Both the position numbers and the translations under genes were made by a program. A stretch of 63,960 nucleotides of DNA, counting the filler, from Octopus bimaculoides (Eukaryota): the NCBI RefSeq assembly GCF_001194135.2. It is 7 parts of 6 records of this genome, joined end to end, with 100 filler letters (N's around TTAATTAATTAA, not from the genome) between each part and the next. Parts side by side here need not be neighbours in the genome. Positions count along the whole stretch, not along the records: positions 6,801 to 25,674 come from NC_068989.1; 6 more parts are not named here. One strand, written 5' to 3'. The notes beneath the pieces were generated by a model, which saw only the letters and a list, made by a program, of their open reading frames with translations, was not told where the DNA came from and searched no databases. This document shows, piece after piece, positions 13,678-25,453 of this stretch; position 1 is the first letter of the stretch, and each line of letters begins with the position of its first letter.

Positions 13678-14520
13678 CGAGGTGGTATCAAAATGTTCTC
13701 GGACTAGTTATGTTTAATAAAAAATAACTTATTTACCTAAGTTTTATCATCTTCTCCTTCGAAATAGTCACCTTGCACAGCACTACACCAGTGTCAGCTT
13801 TCCTGGGAGTCGTTTTCTGTAAGCGAGTCGAGGACCTTCTGCGATTCGCTTTGGATCTCGACAACGGTGTTAAAACGGTGACCTTTGAGCAGCATTTTCA
13901 TCTTTGGGAAGATATGGAAGTCCGCAGATGCTAAATCTGGCGAATAGGGCACGTGCGGAAGCGATACCATGTTGATTTTGGCCAGAAACTCACGAGTGAG
14001 GGGAGTTCGGTGACAAGGTGCATTGTCATCATGAAGAATCCAATTCTTCGCTCTCCACAGAACCGATTGCTTTGGTTGAATGTCTTCTCCCAAACGCTTC
14101 AAAATGTCGCAGTAGAACTCTCAATTGACGGTTTTGCCCTGGTGGACGAATTCTTGATGCACAATACCACATTTCCGGGGGTGACGCTCGTGGCAGGTCT
14201 TCTAGATTGCTCGTCGTCTTTCAGAGGGATGTTCTTCCACTTTTGAAGAGCCCGTGCCACTCGAAACATTCCGTACGACCCACATTGCCTCGTCGCCGTA
14301 AGACTTGCCGAAACATGCTCAATGTCTCTGTAGCAGAGATTACAACATACACGTGATCACAAAAACGACAAATTTCACAACTTGCGAAGTAAACACAGCA
14401 ATGTCACTCGGCACACTGCTTCATGAAGATAACTGCTAGCTCTTACTGCGTACGCAACCGTGTGCTGCCATCTGTTGGCGCGTTACAGAACTAGTTCGAG
14501 AACTTTTTGATTCCACCTTG
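13678..14520 (-). mobile_element. Internally deleted mariner (Tc1/mariner) transposon with transposase C-terminus
   Basis: ~32-bp imperfect TIRs (cgaggtggtatcaaaatgttctcggactagtt and aactagttcgagaactttttgattccaccttg), flanking TA on both sides; ORF 13794-14102 has WILHDDNAPCH and PYSPDLASADF motifs. Confidence 0.93.
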
Positions 14521-14572
<52 letters not shown>

Positions 14573-15998
14573 CACCTTTATATATGTGTGTTTGTGTTCT
14601 TTTTTTTGTGTGTGTTTTCGTGTTTTCATAATGCGTGTAGACAGATTTTTGATACGGTCTAAATTTGGTTTTAATACTGTGATAGCGTTCTGCTTCAACA
14701 CTTTCCTTTTTACGTTTTCATTCCTCTAATTAAAATGTATTCGCAATTAGTGTCATATGTAAATTTTCTTTATTTGTTTAAATTTGTTTTCTTCACAGCA
14801 TTATGTTTTTCAACGCGAAGAAACCATTTCAAATACGATTATAATTTTTTAAATTATTTTTTAAGATTCCACTTAGTCACGATATTATATTTTCATGAGA
14901 TATCAACTGGATTAAGTTTAATAAATTTTTGACACGTGTGTAAATCTTTCGTACATTTTTATTTTTATACGGTCTTTTTTTTTTGTGTGTGGTTTAATTC
15001 ATTTGCTTTTTAACATTTGTTCTACATTTCTACAAGTGTGTTGAAATTTAATATAATATAGAGTGTTTCCCCATTTTTCCTTCACATCATTACATTTTAA
15101 AAACTTCTATCATCTTTTATGCACATTATCAGTGTTAACCGTTATATGACAGATTATTTTGGAGATGGAAAAGTAGTAACAGTAGCAGCCGATGGTAGAG
15201 GAGATGAATGATTTGTTGTACTTGTATAGGAGAAGGAACAGTAGTTGAAGTAAATAATGAGGCACGGAGAAGAGAGTGTATTACGAAAGGAAAATAATTC
15301 CATGTAAGGTTGTGTGATCATGCGAATAACAATGAACTACAAAGAGTCGTATCGGAAAAAGTTGCATACATTCAATAAATATAATTTTTCTGGTTTTCAC
15401 ATTTCATGGTGTCTATACAAAATTATGAAACGAATACAAATTTACAAGGTTAAAATATTCATTAAATTAAAATTAGATTAAATTAAGCAAATTTTACATT
15501 TGTGTATTTGCAATGAATATATATTATCAGTAACAATAATACCGTTTAACTATCAATTACAACAATACTATAATACTCTAATATTAGTCTCAGGAACAAT
15601 GTATTGTTATTTTATTTTCGGTACGAATCAATTTTACGTAAGCGACATACATACAAATTATGATTATTGAACCGATGTCCGTTTAACTGATATTATTCAC
15701 AATGACAAAAGTATGCTTCTAACATTATCAACCACCTGACTGGTAACATTGACGTTGGAAACAAAGGCATTTATACATCGGCGACAAAAGAGAATTATAG
15801 CATAGTAAATTTTGAGAATTGTTGAGAGAGGAAGTAGAAGAAATAGGTGGAGATAGAGAAGAACTATTAGGTTATGGTAGAGGATGTGAATTATTTGTTG
15901 TAATTGTATAGATGTAATATCAATGGTTGAGAATGAGGCAGGGATAGGAGGGTAGTAACAGTTGTAGACAGTGAGAATAAGGAGGGGAAGGTACTTAC

Positions 15999-16076
15999 CT
16001 TTTCATTTCAATAGAATACCCTCTTGCTCTTCTCTTGACTAGAAAAACCTCATTTGCATATTGGCTGTTCTCATCA
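15999..16076 (-). CDS. Candidate 78-nt internal exon (phase 2-2), same gene as 4585-4849
   Basis: ctaat...cttttag acceptor, strong AG|GTAAGT donor; only one frame is open: DENSQYANEVFLVKRRARGYSIEMK. Confidence 0.6.
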
Positions 16077-16164
16077 CTAAAAGTGTAATTTTGATTAGAA
16101 TTTCTTACTACATTATGTTAGCTCACACTTTACTATTAAGTCTTCATACAGTAAAGACCCATAA

Positions 16165-16233
16165 TTCGCTAATGAGGCTTAATAAGACCGAAACATGCCG
16201 GTGGTTAGTAGTACACTGCCGGCATGTCCTGAA
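16165..16233 (+). ncRNA. Type I hammerhead-like motif with long stem III and G5A core change
   Basis: ttcg-CTAATGA-GGCTT(aat)AAGACC-GAAA-CATGCCGG(17 nt)CCGGCATG-TC|ctgaa; GUC triplet at 16226-16228; stem I weak. Confidence 0.55.
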
Positions 16234-16542
16234 ACCTCGTTGGAGGAAACTGTGACCCCTCCCAGTGTGATGAAGGATGATTTTTTTATCCTCTTTCATA
16301 AGAGAGGAGCGGTACAGAGCTTTCTGACGAAGCTAGAGGACCAGAAGGAGGGGGTCCTCTCCTGGACTGAAGACCCAGATTGGCCTCCTCAGGTAACTGT
16401 GGAGGTCATAACGGAGGAGGAAATGTTCAGGGTGATGGACTCCTTTCGCAAGCACCAATATAGGTTTGCCTTTTGGAGCCCCGACTTGATACTGCAGGAT
16501 TGCCTGCGGGCGGCATATAGTCTGGTCAGGGAGGAAAGATAA
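16195..16542 (+). CDS. 115-codon ORF of unknown function in a GC-rich island
   Basis: Uninterrupted, non-repetitive ORF (MPVVSSTLP...AYSLVREER) in sequence visibly GC-richer than the flanks; no family recognised. Confidence 0.35.
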   Translation: MPVVSSTLPACPETSLEETVTPPSVMKDDFFILFHKRGAVQSFLTKLEDQKEGVLSWTEDPDWPPQVTVEVITEEEMFRVMDSFRKHQYRFAFWSPDLILQDCLRAAYSLVREER

Positions 16543-16923
16543 GAGGCCTTGGTACCCCAATTTGAATTTGTATTATTTGTATTTTTTGGTAAGAGGCCCA
16601 GCGCCTCAATTTGTAAGGACGATTTCGTCCATTTTTGAACCGAGGTAAGAGGTTCAATACCTCATTTTGTTTTGTTGTTAAAAAAAAGAGAACAATGTTT
16701 TCGAGAATGCAACAATCGGCGGGAGTTGTTTGCTTCTCCCACCAACCATTTCTTTCATGCCATCATCATTGTGTCTTTGTCCAGCCCGCAGCTACTACCT
16801 CTATGTACGGCTTTTATAGCCAATTAAATGAAATAAAGTAGCTTGCTTACCAACCACATGGTTCCGGGTTCAGTTCAGTTAACTAATTTCTTCGTAGATT
16901 GAAAAAGTGATGAACACACTTAG

Positions 16924-17084
16924 CAGCATTTCTTCGGACTTTACGTTCTGAGTTTCAATATCGCCGCGGTTGTCTTTTCCCTTTCGGGGTCGATGAAATA
17001 AGAACCAGTTGAGCACTAGGGTCGATGCAACTGACTTACCCTTTCCCTTAAAAGTGCTGGCCTTGTGCCAAACTTTGAAACCAA
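16924..17084 (+). mobile_element. SINE-A (tail type iii), 5' degenerate
   Basis: ttacgttctgagtttcaa...cctttcggggtcgat...ggccttgtgccaaactttgaaacc. Confidence 0.8.
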
Positions 17085-17991
17085 GAGATATTAANNNNNN
17101 NNNNNNNNNNNNNNNNNNNNNNNNNNNNNNNNNNNNNNNNNNNNNNNNNNNNNNNNNNNNNNNNNNNNNNNNNNNNNNNNNNNNNNNNNNNNNNNNNNNN
17201 NNNNNNNNNNNNNNNNNNNNNNNNNNNNNNNNNNNNNNNNNNNNNNNNNNNNNNNNNNNNNNNNNNNNNNNNNNNNNNNNNNNNNNNNNNNNNNNNNNNN
17301 NNNNNNNNNNNNNNNNNNNNNNNNNNNNNNNNNNNNNNNNNNNNNNNNNNNNNNNNNNNNNNNNNNNNNNNNNNNNNNNNNNNNNNNNNNNNNNNNNNNN
17401 NNNNNNNNNNNNNNNNNNNNNNNNNNNNNNNNNNNNNNNNNNNNNNNNNNNNNNNNNNNNNNNNNNNNNNNNNNNNNNNNNNNNNNNNNNNNNNNNNNNN
17501 NNNNNNNNNNNNNNNNNNNNNNNNNNNNNNNNNNNNNNNNNNNNNNNNNNNNNNNNNNNNNNNNNNNNNNNNNNNNNNNNNNNNNNNNNNNNNNNNNNNN
17601 NNNNNNNNNNNNNNNNNNNNNNNNNNNNNNNNNNNNNNNNNNNNNNNNNNNNNNNNNNNNNNNNNNNNNNNNNNNNNNNNNNNNNNNNNNNNNNNNNNNN
17701 NNNNNNNNNNNNNNNNNNNNNNNNNNNNNNNNNNNNNNNNNNNNNNNNNNNNNNNNNNNNNNNNNNNNNNNNNNNNNNNNNNNNNNNNNNNNNNNNNNNN
17801 NNNNNNNNNNNNNNNNNNNNNNNNNNNNNNNNNNAATGTATCTGATTTGGAAAGTACCGAGTGACTTAGGTAAATGGATCGTTTTAACGAGTTAGTTAAC
17901 ACCTTTGTAATTAAACATTACAAACGAACTGATTGCCTACCGTTCGCTCGCTGACCGCTTTACTCGGTCTTCATAAGATTCAGGTATCTGC

Positions 17992-18039
<48 letters not shown>

Positions 18040-18495
18040 TTTAGGTCTGCGCAGGCACATGTATGCTTATCTGCATTCTATATATATTGGTAGTATTGGT
18101 GGCGATGAACACACACAAACGCGTGCGCGAGTATACAATGGCCGCCAAAAGTTGTTTTTCAGTCGAGTTTTTGGAATTTGTTCAAATATATGGTAACGAA
18201 GTGAATGGACAAACTAAAACTATATTATTCAAGTCTTTAATAATATACATTCTGCAAAAAGAAACCACCACCGAAACCCCAGACTCCACCACATGAAACA
18301 AATAGAAACTATCAGTTTATACTGGGGAAACATATGTACGTATGTATGTATGTATGTATGTATGTATGTATGTATGTATGTATGCACGTATGTATGTATG
18401 TATGACTATACTGTTTTCTTCTCCATCCTTCTCTAATTCCCTTTTTCTCCCCCTTCACCGCTTTCTATCTGTCTCTCTCTCTCCCTGTCTTTCTA

Positions 18496-18538
<43 letters not shown>

Positions 18539-19246
18539 TTCACACGTGACCATCGTCCATCATTCTTTCCCTCACGTGACCATCTTTCTTTTCCTGCATG
18601 ACGTTCTAAGGACTGGACGTTTACTTTCTCTTTCTTTTCTCTTTTCAGAAAAAGATATTTCTCCCAGCGTTCACTATTTTCCTCTCGTTCTGGTCTAATG
18701 ACCCTCCAAGGTTGTTTTCGTTCGCTTTCCTTGTACGTCTCCACTGTCCTGCTTTTGTTCTCAAACTTTGACTCTCCATAAATCCCAAATTTTATTTTGG
18801 AATCTATGGGAGCAACTGTCTTTGAAGATGCATATTAACGTTGAATGCTCGAAATGACGAGTAGATAGACAGTATACACACANNNNNNNNNNNNNNNNNN
18901 NNNNNNNNNNNNNNNNNNNNNNNNNNNNNNNNNNNNNNNNNNNNNNNNNNNNNNNNNNNNNNNNNNNNNNNNNNNNNNNNNNNNNNNNNNNNNNNNNNNN
19001 NNNNNNNNNNNNNNNNNNNNNNNNNNNNNNNNNNNNNNNNNNNNNNNNNNNNNNNNNNNNNNNNNNNNNNNNNNNNNNNNNNNNNNNNNNNNNNNNNNNN
19101 NNNNNNNNNNNNNNNNNNNNNNNNNNNNNNNNNNNNNNNNNNNNNNNNNNNNNNNNNNNNNNNNNNNNNNNNNNNNNNNNNNNNNNNNNNNNNNNNNNNN
19201 NNNNNNNNNNNNNNNNNNNNNNNNNNNNNNNTATATATATATATAT

Positions 19247-19467
19247 ATGCGTATAAGAAAGAATGACCACTAAGTGGACATCCGATATGCAAGAAAGAGG
19301 TCATCAACGACCCAACCACAAAGAAAAATAATGTTCTTCAGAAAAAATTCAGCAAAAACAAGAACATGTAGGGCAGAGTACATTATTTGTCTTTGTGGTT
19401 GGGTCGTTGATGACCTCTTTCTACCATATCGGATGCCCACTTAGTGGTCATCCCTTCTTATACGCAT
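19247..19467. repeat. Inverted repeat, ~88-bp arms (19247-19334 and 19380-19467), 45-bp spacer
   Basis: gaccactaagtggacatccgatatgcaagaaagaggtcatcaacgacccaaccacaaag versus its reverse complement, with a few mismatches. Confidence 0.9.
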
Positions 19468-20004
19468 GTCATACAATTTTTCTGAATTTTCAGATTTTTT
19501 ATATGCTGGGCCATTGGTTTTAAATTGATGTTAATTAAATTAATATTCAGTTTATCATTTATATATATGCAGAGAGACAGACAGTCGTACGTACGTAGAT
19601 ACATGCCTGTACATACGTGGGTACTTACAAGCACTCAAATATACATCTATGTACATCCATGCATTTATACAAAAAAACAAAACAAAAAAAAACGGAAACT
19701 ATTTCTGAAACAAAAGCGTATTAAAAGTTATAAGAGGACGCTGGGTTGCCGGAAGTCACGCGTGCTTTTTTACTTCAGAACTACACCCTCCGATAAGTGT
19801 CGTTTTTAAAGTACACTTCATATTAAGAGCTATTTATTGACCAACAAAGTGACATTGAACCGCTGGAAAATGTGATTACGGCTTAAGACAACAACAACTA
19901 CTACAGCAACCCTATAAAACACTCCTTCACCTCTTCTTCCTCCCTTCCTCCTACCCTCCTCCTCCTCCTAGTTGTTGTAGTAATGATAATAATAATAATA
20001 ATCA

Positions 20005-20200
20005 TTTCTATAATAGGCACAAAGCCTGAAATTTGGAGTCGGGGATAGTGAATTATAGCGACCCTAGTACTCAACTGGTACTTATTTTATCGACCCCGAA
20101 AGGATGAAAGACAAAGTTGATCTCACCGGAATTTGAACTCAGAAAGTAAAGACGGACATAACGCCGCTCCGTGTGCTAATTATTCAGCCAGCTCGCCTTC
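20005..20200 (-). mobile_element. SINE-A (tail type ii)
   Basis: Core tcgaccccgaaaggatgaaa...ggaatttgaactcagaa; B-box-like gagttcaaatt on the minus strand; (ATT)n tail. Confidence 0.85.
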
Positions 20201-20203
20201 TAA

Positions 20204-20263
<60 letters not shown>

Positions 20264-20486
20264 NNNNNNNNNNCGTAAAATACTGTCTATGTGATCTCAA
20301 ATTTTAAAGCAAACACATAATTTTCTTATGGTTTCTTAAACATTCACTTGAACAAAACTGTACAAATACAAATATATGGTACCCTAGGCATAACACCTAC
20401 ATGAACTTCTAACTTGTTGTCTCTTGAGGTCTCTGGGTGAGACCTGGATCCAACTTGTACAAATGCAAAACAAAAGTCAAACATAA

Positions 20487-20487
<1 letters not shown>

Positions 20488-20559
<72 letters not shown>

Positions 20560-20830
20560 GCCCTGATGCAGTACCAGGCAGTGGCTCTCATGGATTCTGA
20601 TCTTAACTGATTGGAGGTGTTATCACGTACATTGTTTTATCTTGGTATAAAAGATTTGCTACAGTAAATATTCTGCTCAGTACTACAGATTTGCTTGTCT
20701 GTTGTTTGACCTTAACCAGTTGAGCATGTCCCTTAGTGATTGGCGATATGTGCATCTCTGATCACGAGCAGTAGTAGTTGGGGAGCATCATAGCCATGTG
20801 CTGAAAGGAATTCTTTCGGGTTTGAATAGT
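20488..20830 (-). mobile_element. Retroposon 3' end with (ATT)n tail
   Basis: Unique sequence ending ...ctgcatcagggcattt followed by a long (ATT)n on the minus strand; family not assigned. Confidence 0.55.
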
Positions 20831-20859
20831 CCACCTCTGGAAACATGGATGGAAATAGA

Positions 20860-20960
20860 GGGTGGCCAACACCCTGATCTGATTCCAAATGCAGAAGAAA
20901 GTAAAGAATTTTGGGGAAGGCTGTGGAACAGGCCGGCGAGACACAGAAAGTTTCACCCGA
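20860..20960 (+). mobile_element. R4/Dong-like LINE fragment (region upstream of RT)
   Basis: PDLIPNAEESKEFWGRLWNRPARH matches the P..EE...FWG.IW....H pattern. Confidence 0.6.
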
Positions 20961-21054
20961 ATCCATCCAGCGGTTCTTGAGATACCTTGTCCAAGGACAA
21001 ACAAACACGACTGAAACAATACCTCTGCCTTCGCTAAGGTGGAGGTAATAATAA

Positions 21055-21268
21055 TCCTTTCTACTATAGGTACAAGGCCTGAAATTTAGCGTGAGAGGAC
21101 TAGTCAATTACATTGATCCCAGTGATCAACTGGTACTTATTTTATCGACCCCGAAAGGATGAAAGGCAAAGTAGATCTAGGCGGAATTTGAACTGAGAAC
21201 ATAAAGATGGACAAAATGCTGTCAAGCAATTTGTTCAGAATGCTAACGATTGTGCCACCCCGTTGCCT
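21055..21268 (-). mobile_element. SINE-A (tail type ii)
   Basis: Same core and tail as 20005-20200. Confidence 0.85.
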
Positions 21269-21951
21269 TAATGATAATAATAATGATGAGGATGATGATG
21301 ACGACGACGACGACAATAATAATAATAACAATAACAATAGCAACAATAATTGTAATGATTTCTTTATTTGCCACTGAGCAACGGATGAGAGACGGATGAT
21401 ACATTACGATAAAGTGTTGGGGAATTACATAAAAAACGGATGAGGAAAAGCAAAATAAAAGGGAAAATAAAACAATGAAATAATGATATCAATCTGATTC
21501 CGTGTCACAAGAATTCATGGACATAGTGCTTATCTACAAATGGAAAATAATCGGAAATAATATCTCCCCGCACCCTTCTCTCCTTCTAGATTAAATGCTG
21601 AAATACGGCTCGTAGTTGCCTTAGCGACGCAGAAAGCGGATATTGCTCTGCATATCAGAAGATTCACTCGTGGACCCTACAGTGCTTCCGCTGCTTATAT
21701 AGAAGAAATTTATCCTTACTCCTTTTTTCCCCGTGATATCCGAAAAACCCAAAAACCAAATGACAAACAAACAATATGCACAGGCTGCCATATTGCAAAA
21801 TACACTCAAGGAACCACGTTACTAATAAATGTTGCTAGAAATAGTAGATAAGCCACCCTCTGGTCATGCCTTAACGTTTTTATTCTCATAAAGGAATGTT
21901 TTTCTGCCAGCTCACCGCCTTCTGTGTATATATACATATATGTTTTCGCAT

Positions 21952-21988
<37 letters not shown>

Positions 21989-22863
21989 NNNNNNNNNNNN
22001 NNNNNNNNNNNNNNNNNNNNNNNNNNNNNNNNNNNNNNNNNNNNNNNNNNNNNNNNNNNNNNNNNNNNNNNNNNNNNNNNNNNNNNNNNNNNNNNNNNNN
22101 NNNNNNNNNNNNNNNNNNNNNNNNNNNNNNNNNNNNNNNNNNNNNNNNNNNNNNNNNNNNNNNNNNNNNNNNNNNNNNNNNNNNNNNNNNNNNNNNNNNN
22201 NNNNNNNNNNNNNNNNNNNNNNNNNNNNNNNNNNNNNNNNNNNNNNNNNNNNNNNNNNNNNNNNNNNNNNNNNNNNNNNNNNNNNNNNNNNNNNNNNNNN
22301 NNNNNNNNNNNNNNNNNNNNNNNNNNNNNNNNNNNNNNNNNNNNNNNNNNNNNNNNNNNNNNNNNNNNNNNNNNNNNNNNNNNNNNNNNNNNNNNNNNNN
22401 NNNNNNNNNNNNNNNNNNNNNNNNNNNNNNNNNNNNNNNNNNNNNNNNNNNNNNNNNNNNNNNNNNNNNNNNNNNNNNNNNNNNNNNNNNNNNNNNNNNN
22501 NNNNNNNNNNNNNNNNNNNNNNNNNNNNNNNNNNNNNNNNNNNNNNNNNNNNNNNNNNNNNNNNNNNNNNNNNNNNNNNNNNNNNNNNNNNNNNNNNNNN
22601 NNNNNNNNNNNNNNNNNNNNNNNNNNNNNNNNNNNNNNNNNNNNNNNNNNNNNNNNNNNNNNNNNNNNNNNNNNNNNNNNNNNNNNNNNNNNNNNNNNNN
22701 NNNNNNNNNNNNNNNNNNNNNNNNNNNNNNNNNNNNNNNNNNNNNNNNNNNNNNNNNNNNNNNNNNNNNNNNNNNNNNNNNNNNNNNNNNNNNNNNNNNN
22801 NNNNNNNNNNNNNNNNNNNNNNNNNNNNNNNNNNNNNNNNNNNNNNNNNNNNNNNNNNNNNNN

Positions 22864-23142
22864 AACGGAACAGCTTGCACGTGAAATTAACGTGCAAGTG
22901 GCTGAGCATTCCACAGACACGTGTACTCTTAACGTAGTTCTCAGGGAGATTCAGCGTGACACAGAGTGTGACAAGGCGGGCCCTTTGAAATACAAGTACA
23001 ACTCATTTTTGCCAGCTGAGTGGACTGGAGCAACATGAAATAAAGTATCTTGCTCAAGGACACAACACCTCGCTGGGAACTGAACTCACGACTTTACGAT
23101 CGTCAGCCGAATGCCCTAACCACTAAGCCACGCTCCTTCACA
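22864..23142 (-). mobile_element. SINE-C, tRNA-derived head, near full length
   Basis: Minus strand: A-box-like tggcttagtggt, B-box-like gagttcagttcc, then tgtgtccttgagcaagatacttta. Confidence 0.88.
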
Positions 23143-23604
23143 CACTCACGCACAGACACTGCGTCACGATGATTCTGATACCACTTGAGCATTGCATTAA
23201 GACTACAATTGTCATTGGAGTACTTAACCACACATGCTGCTATTCATTGAGTTAGGAAGTTGTTCTGACTGAACACTTATTATAAGCATCGCCGAAACAA
23301 ACGGACTTCTGCATATTTCGGCACACTTTAATTTGATCAGATGTCTACTATAACGTTTCTATTGTCTTGACTAAATCGCATTTTTGCGCATACATAAATG
23401 CACGCACATGTACAATACATACATACATACATACATACATGCATAAATACATACATACATACATACATATGTGTGTATATATACACATATATATACATAT
23501 ATATATATAGTGGTGTAAATATATCAATGTACGTGTATATGTTGGTATGTATATGTATACAAATCGCCATTTTCCCGCTATCCTTTGCTCTGCTCATATA
23601 CGGA

Positions 23605-23649
<45 letters not shown>

Positions 23650-23659
23650 ATATGTGTAT

Positions 23660-23796
<137 letters not shown>

Positions 23797-24255
23797 TGTT
23801 TGCATATACATATACATATGAAACATTTTTCCTGTTTAACCTTCACTGCAATACAGAACGGAATAAACAAATCACCGAGCTGCATATATTATAGCTAAAC
23901 AAGCGAGAGAACAAACATGCCATCATAAACAAAGAAAGAGCCAAAGAAATAAAATAGTATTTTTGGAAAGCAATAAGCAAAATAAACGAAATAGAAATGA
24001 ATACAAAGAATAGAGTTTGTGTGGGAGGTTGATTTCTTGATAGTAAGTGAATCTCTTACGCACTGAAATATCATAATAGATGAGAAGCTCTAAGGCTACA
24101 TATAGAGTCTCTGTTGCCAACAGACAAACTTTCCAATCGGGCTTATGTAATGTAATGAATATAATGTAATGTATATTAAGAATTGTGGCTGCGAAAGAGT
24201 TACGAGTGTGTATGTGTATGTGCATGTGAGTGTGTGTGTGTGTGTGCGTGTGTGC

Positions 24256-24287
<32 letters not shown>

Positions 24288-24834
24288 AATGGGGTGGGGG
24301 AGAAATAGATAGAAAGAAAGACAGGGATAGAGCGAGAAAATCTGCGTGCTTATGTACCCAACGTCATAGAAGTAGCTTGTTTTCTCATAAAATAATGAAC
24401 AGTGAACGATTATATATACATACATAAATACATACATACATAGATGCATGCATATNNNNNNNNNNNNNNNNNNNNNNNNNNNNNNNNNNNNNNNNNNNNN
24501 NNNNNNNNNNNNNNNNNNNNNNNNNNNNNNNNNNNNNNNNNNNNNNNNNNNNNNNNNNNNNNNNNNNNNNNNNNNNNNNNNNNNNNNNNNNNNNNNNNNN
24601 NNNNNNNNNNNNNNNNNNNNNNNNNNNNNNNNNNNNNNNNNNNNNNNNNNNNNNNNNNNNNNNNNNNNNNNNNNNNNNNNNNNNNNNNNNNNNNNNNNNN
24701 NNNNNNNNNNNNNNNNNNNNNNNNNNNNNNNNNNNNNNNNNNNNNNNNNNNNNNNNNNNNNNNNNNNNNNNNNNNNNNNNNNNNNNNNNNNNNNNNNNNN
24801 NNNNNNNNNNGTGTGTGTGTGTGTGTGTGTGTAG

Positions 24835-24945
24835 ACGCAGGCGTGGCTGTGTGGAAACAAGCTTGCTTTCCAACAACATGGTCCCGCGTTCAGTCCCACT
24901 GTGTGACACCTATAGCTCGGGTCAAAAACTGAAAGAAACCCGTCG
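24835..24945 (+). mobile_element. SINE-B 5' part
   Basis: gcgtggctgtgtgg...gcttgctttccaacaacatggtcccgcgttcagtcccactg head. Confidence 0.85.
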
Positions 24946-25054
24946 TATATATATATATATATATTTGAAAATAATGGTTGAATATCTGTTATGCGATGAC
25001 GCTTGATCACGTACATATTTAATTCTAACAGTCTCAAATTTATATCTTTGAAAC

Positions 25055-25122
25055 GCTGCACTGATGATGGGAAATAAGTAAGTAAATATTACTTTACTTT
25101 AAGCTCGAAACGCGTATGTAGC
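25055..25122 (+). ncRNA. Minimal type I hammerhead ribozyme, canonical core
   Basis: GCTGCA-CTGATGA-t-GGG(...)CTC-GAAA-CGCG-TA|TGTAGC: 6-bp stem I (one G-U pair), stem II GGG/CTC with an internal hairpin, palindromic stem III ACGCGT, GUA triplet at 25114-25116. Confidence 0.75.
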
Positions 25123-25453
25123 TAATCTGATTCGTGTGGATTCGTTATTTTTTCCTTTTTGCCTACGTTAAAAAAGTGTGTTACTGTCTGGGAGATCGCT
25201 ATGGTAGCAGAATAGGCATTTTAACTCCTATTTCTAATTTCGGTGGATTCGATCCTCGATTGCCAAATTTCATTTAACATTTCAACAGCACTTTACTCAC
25301 GATAAAACAATAGCACCATCTGAGCGTGATCGTTGCCAGGGCCACTGACTGGCTCCCGTGCCGGTGGCACGTAAAAAGCAGCATTCGAGCGTGATCGTTG
25401 CCTTCGCTAAGCAGACTAATGTCTTTGCCACTTGACCCTTCTACTTCTTCTAG

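Noticed and set aside
16605-16675. Possible second hammerhead on the minus strand (ggacGAAAtcgtc)
   Set aside because: Core reads CAAAATGA and stem I does not pair.
18816-18872. Weak hammerhead-like motif (ctgtct-TTGAAGA...GAAA...gta-gat-agacag)
   Set aside because: Stem registers are off by 2-3 nt; kept only as a weak member of the cluster finding.
23085-23142. tRNA-like sequence with A and B boxes (also SINE-A and SINE-B heads)
   Set aside because: Continues into SINE bodies and lacks a complete cloverleaf; not tRNA genes.
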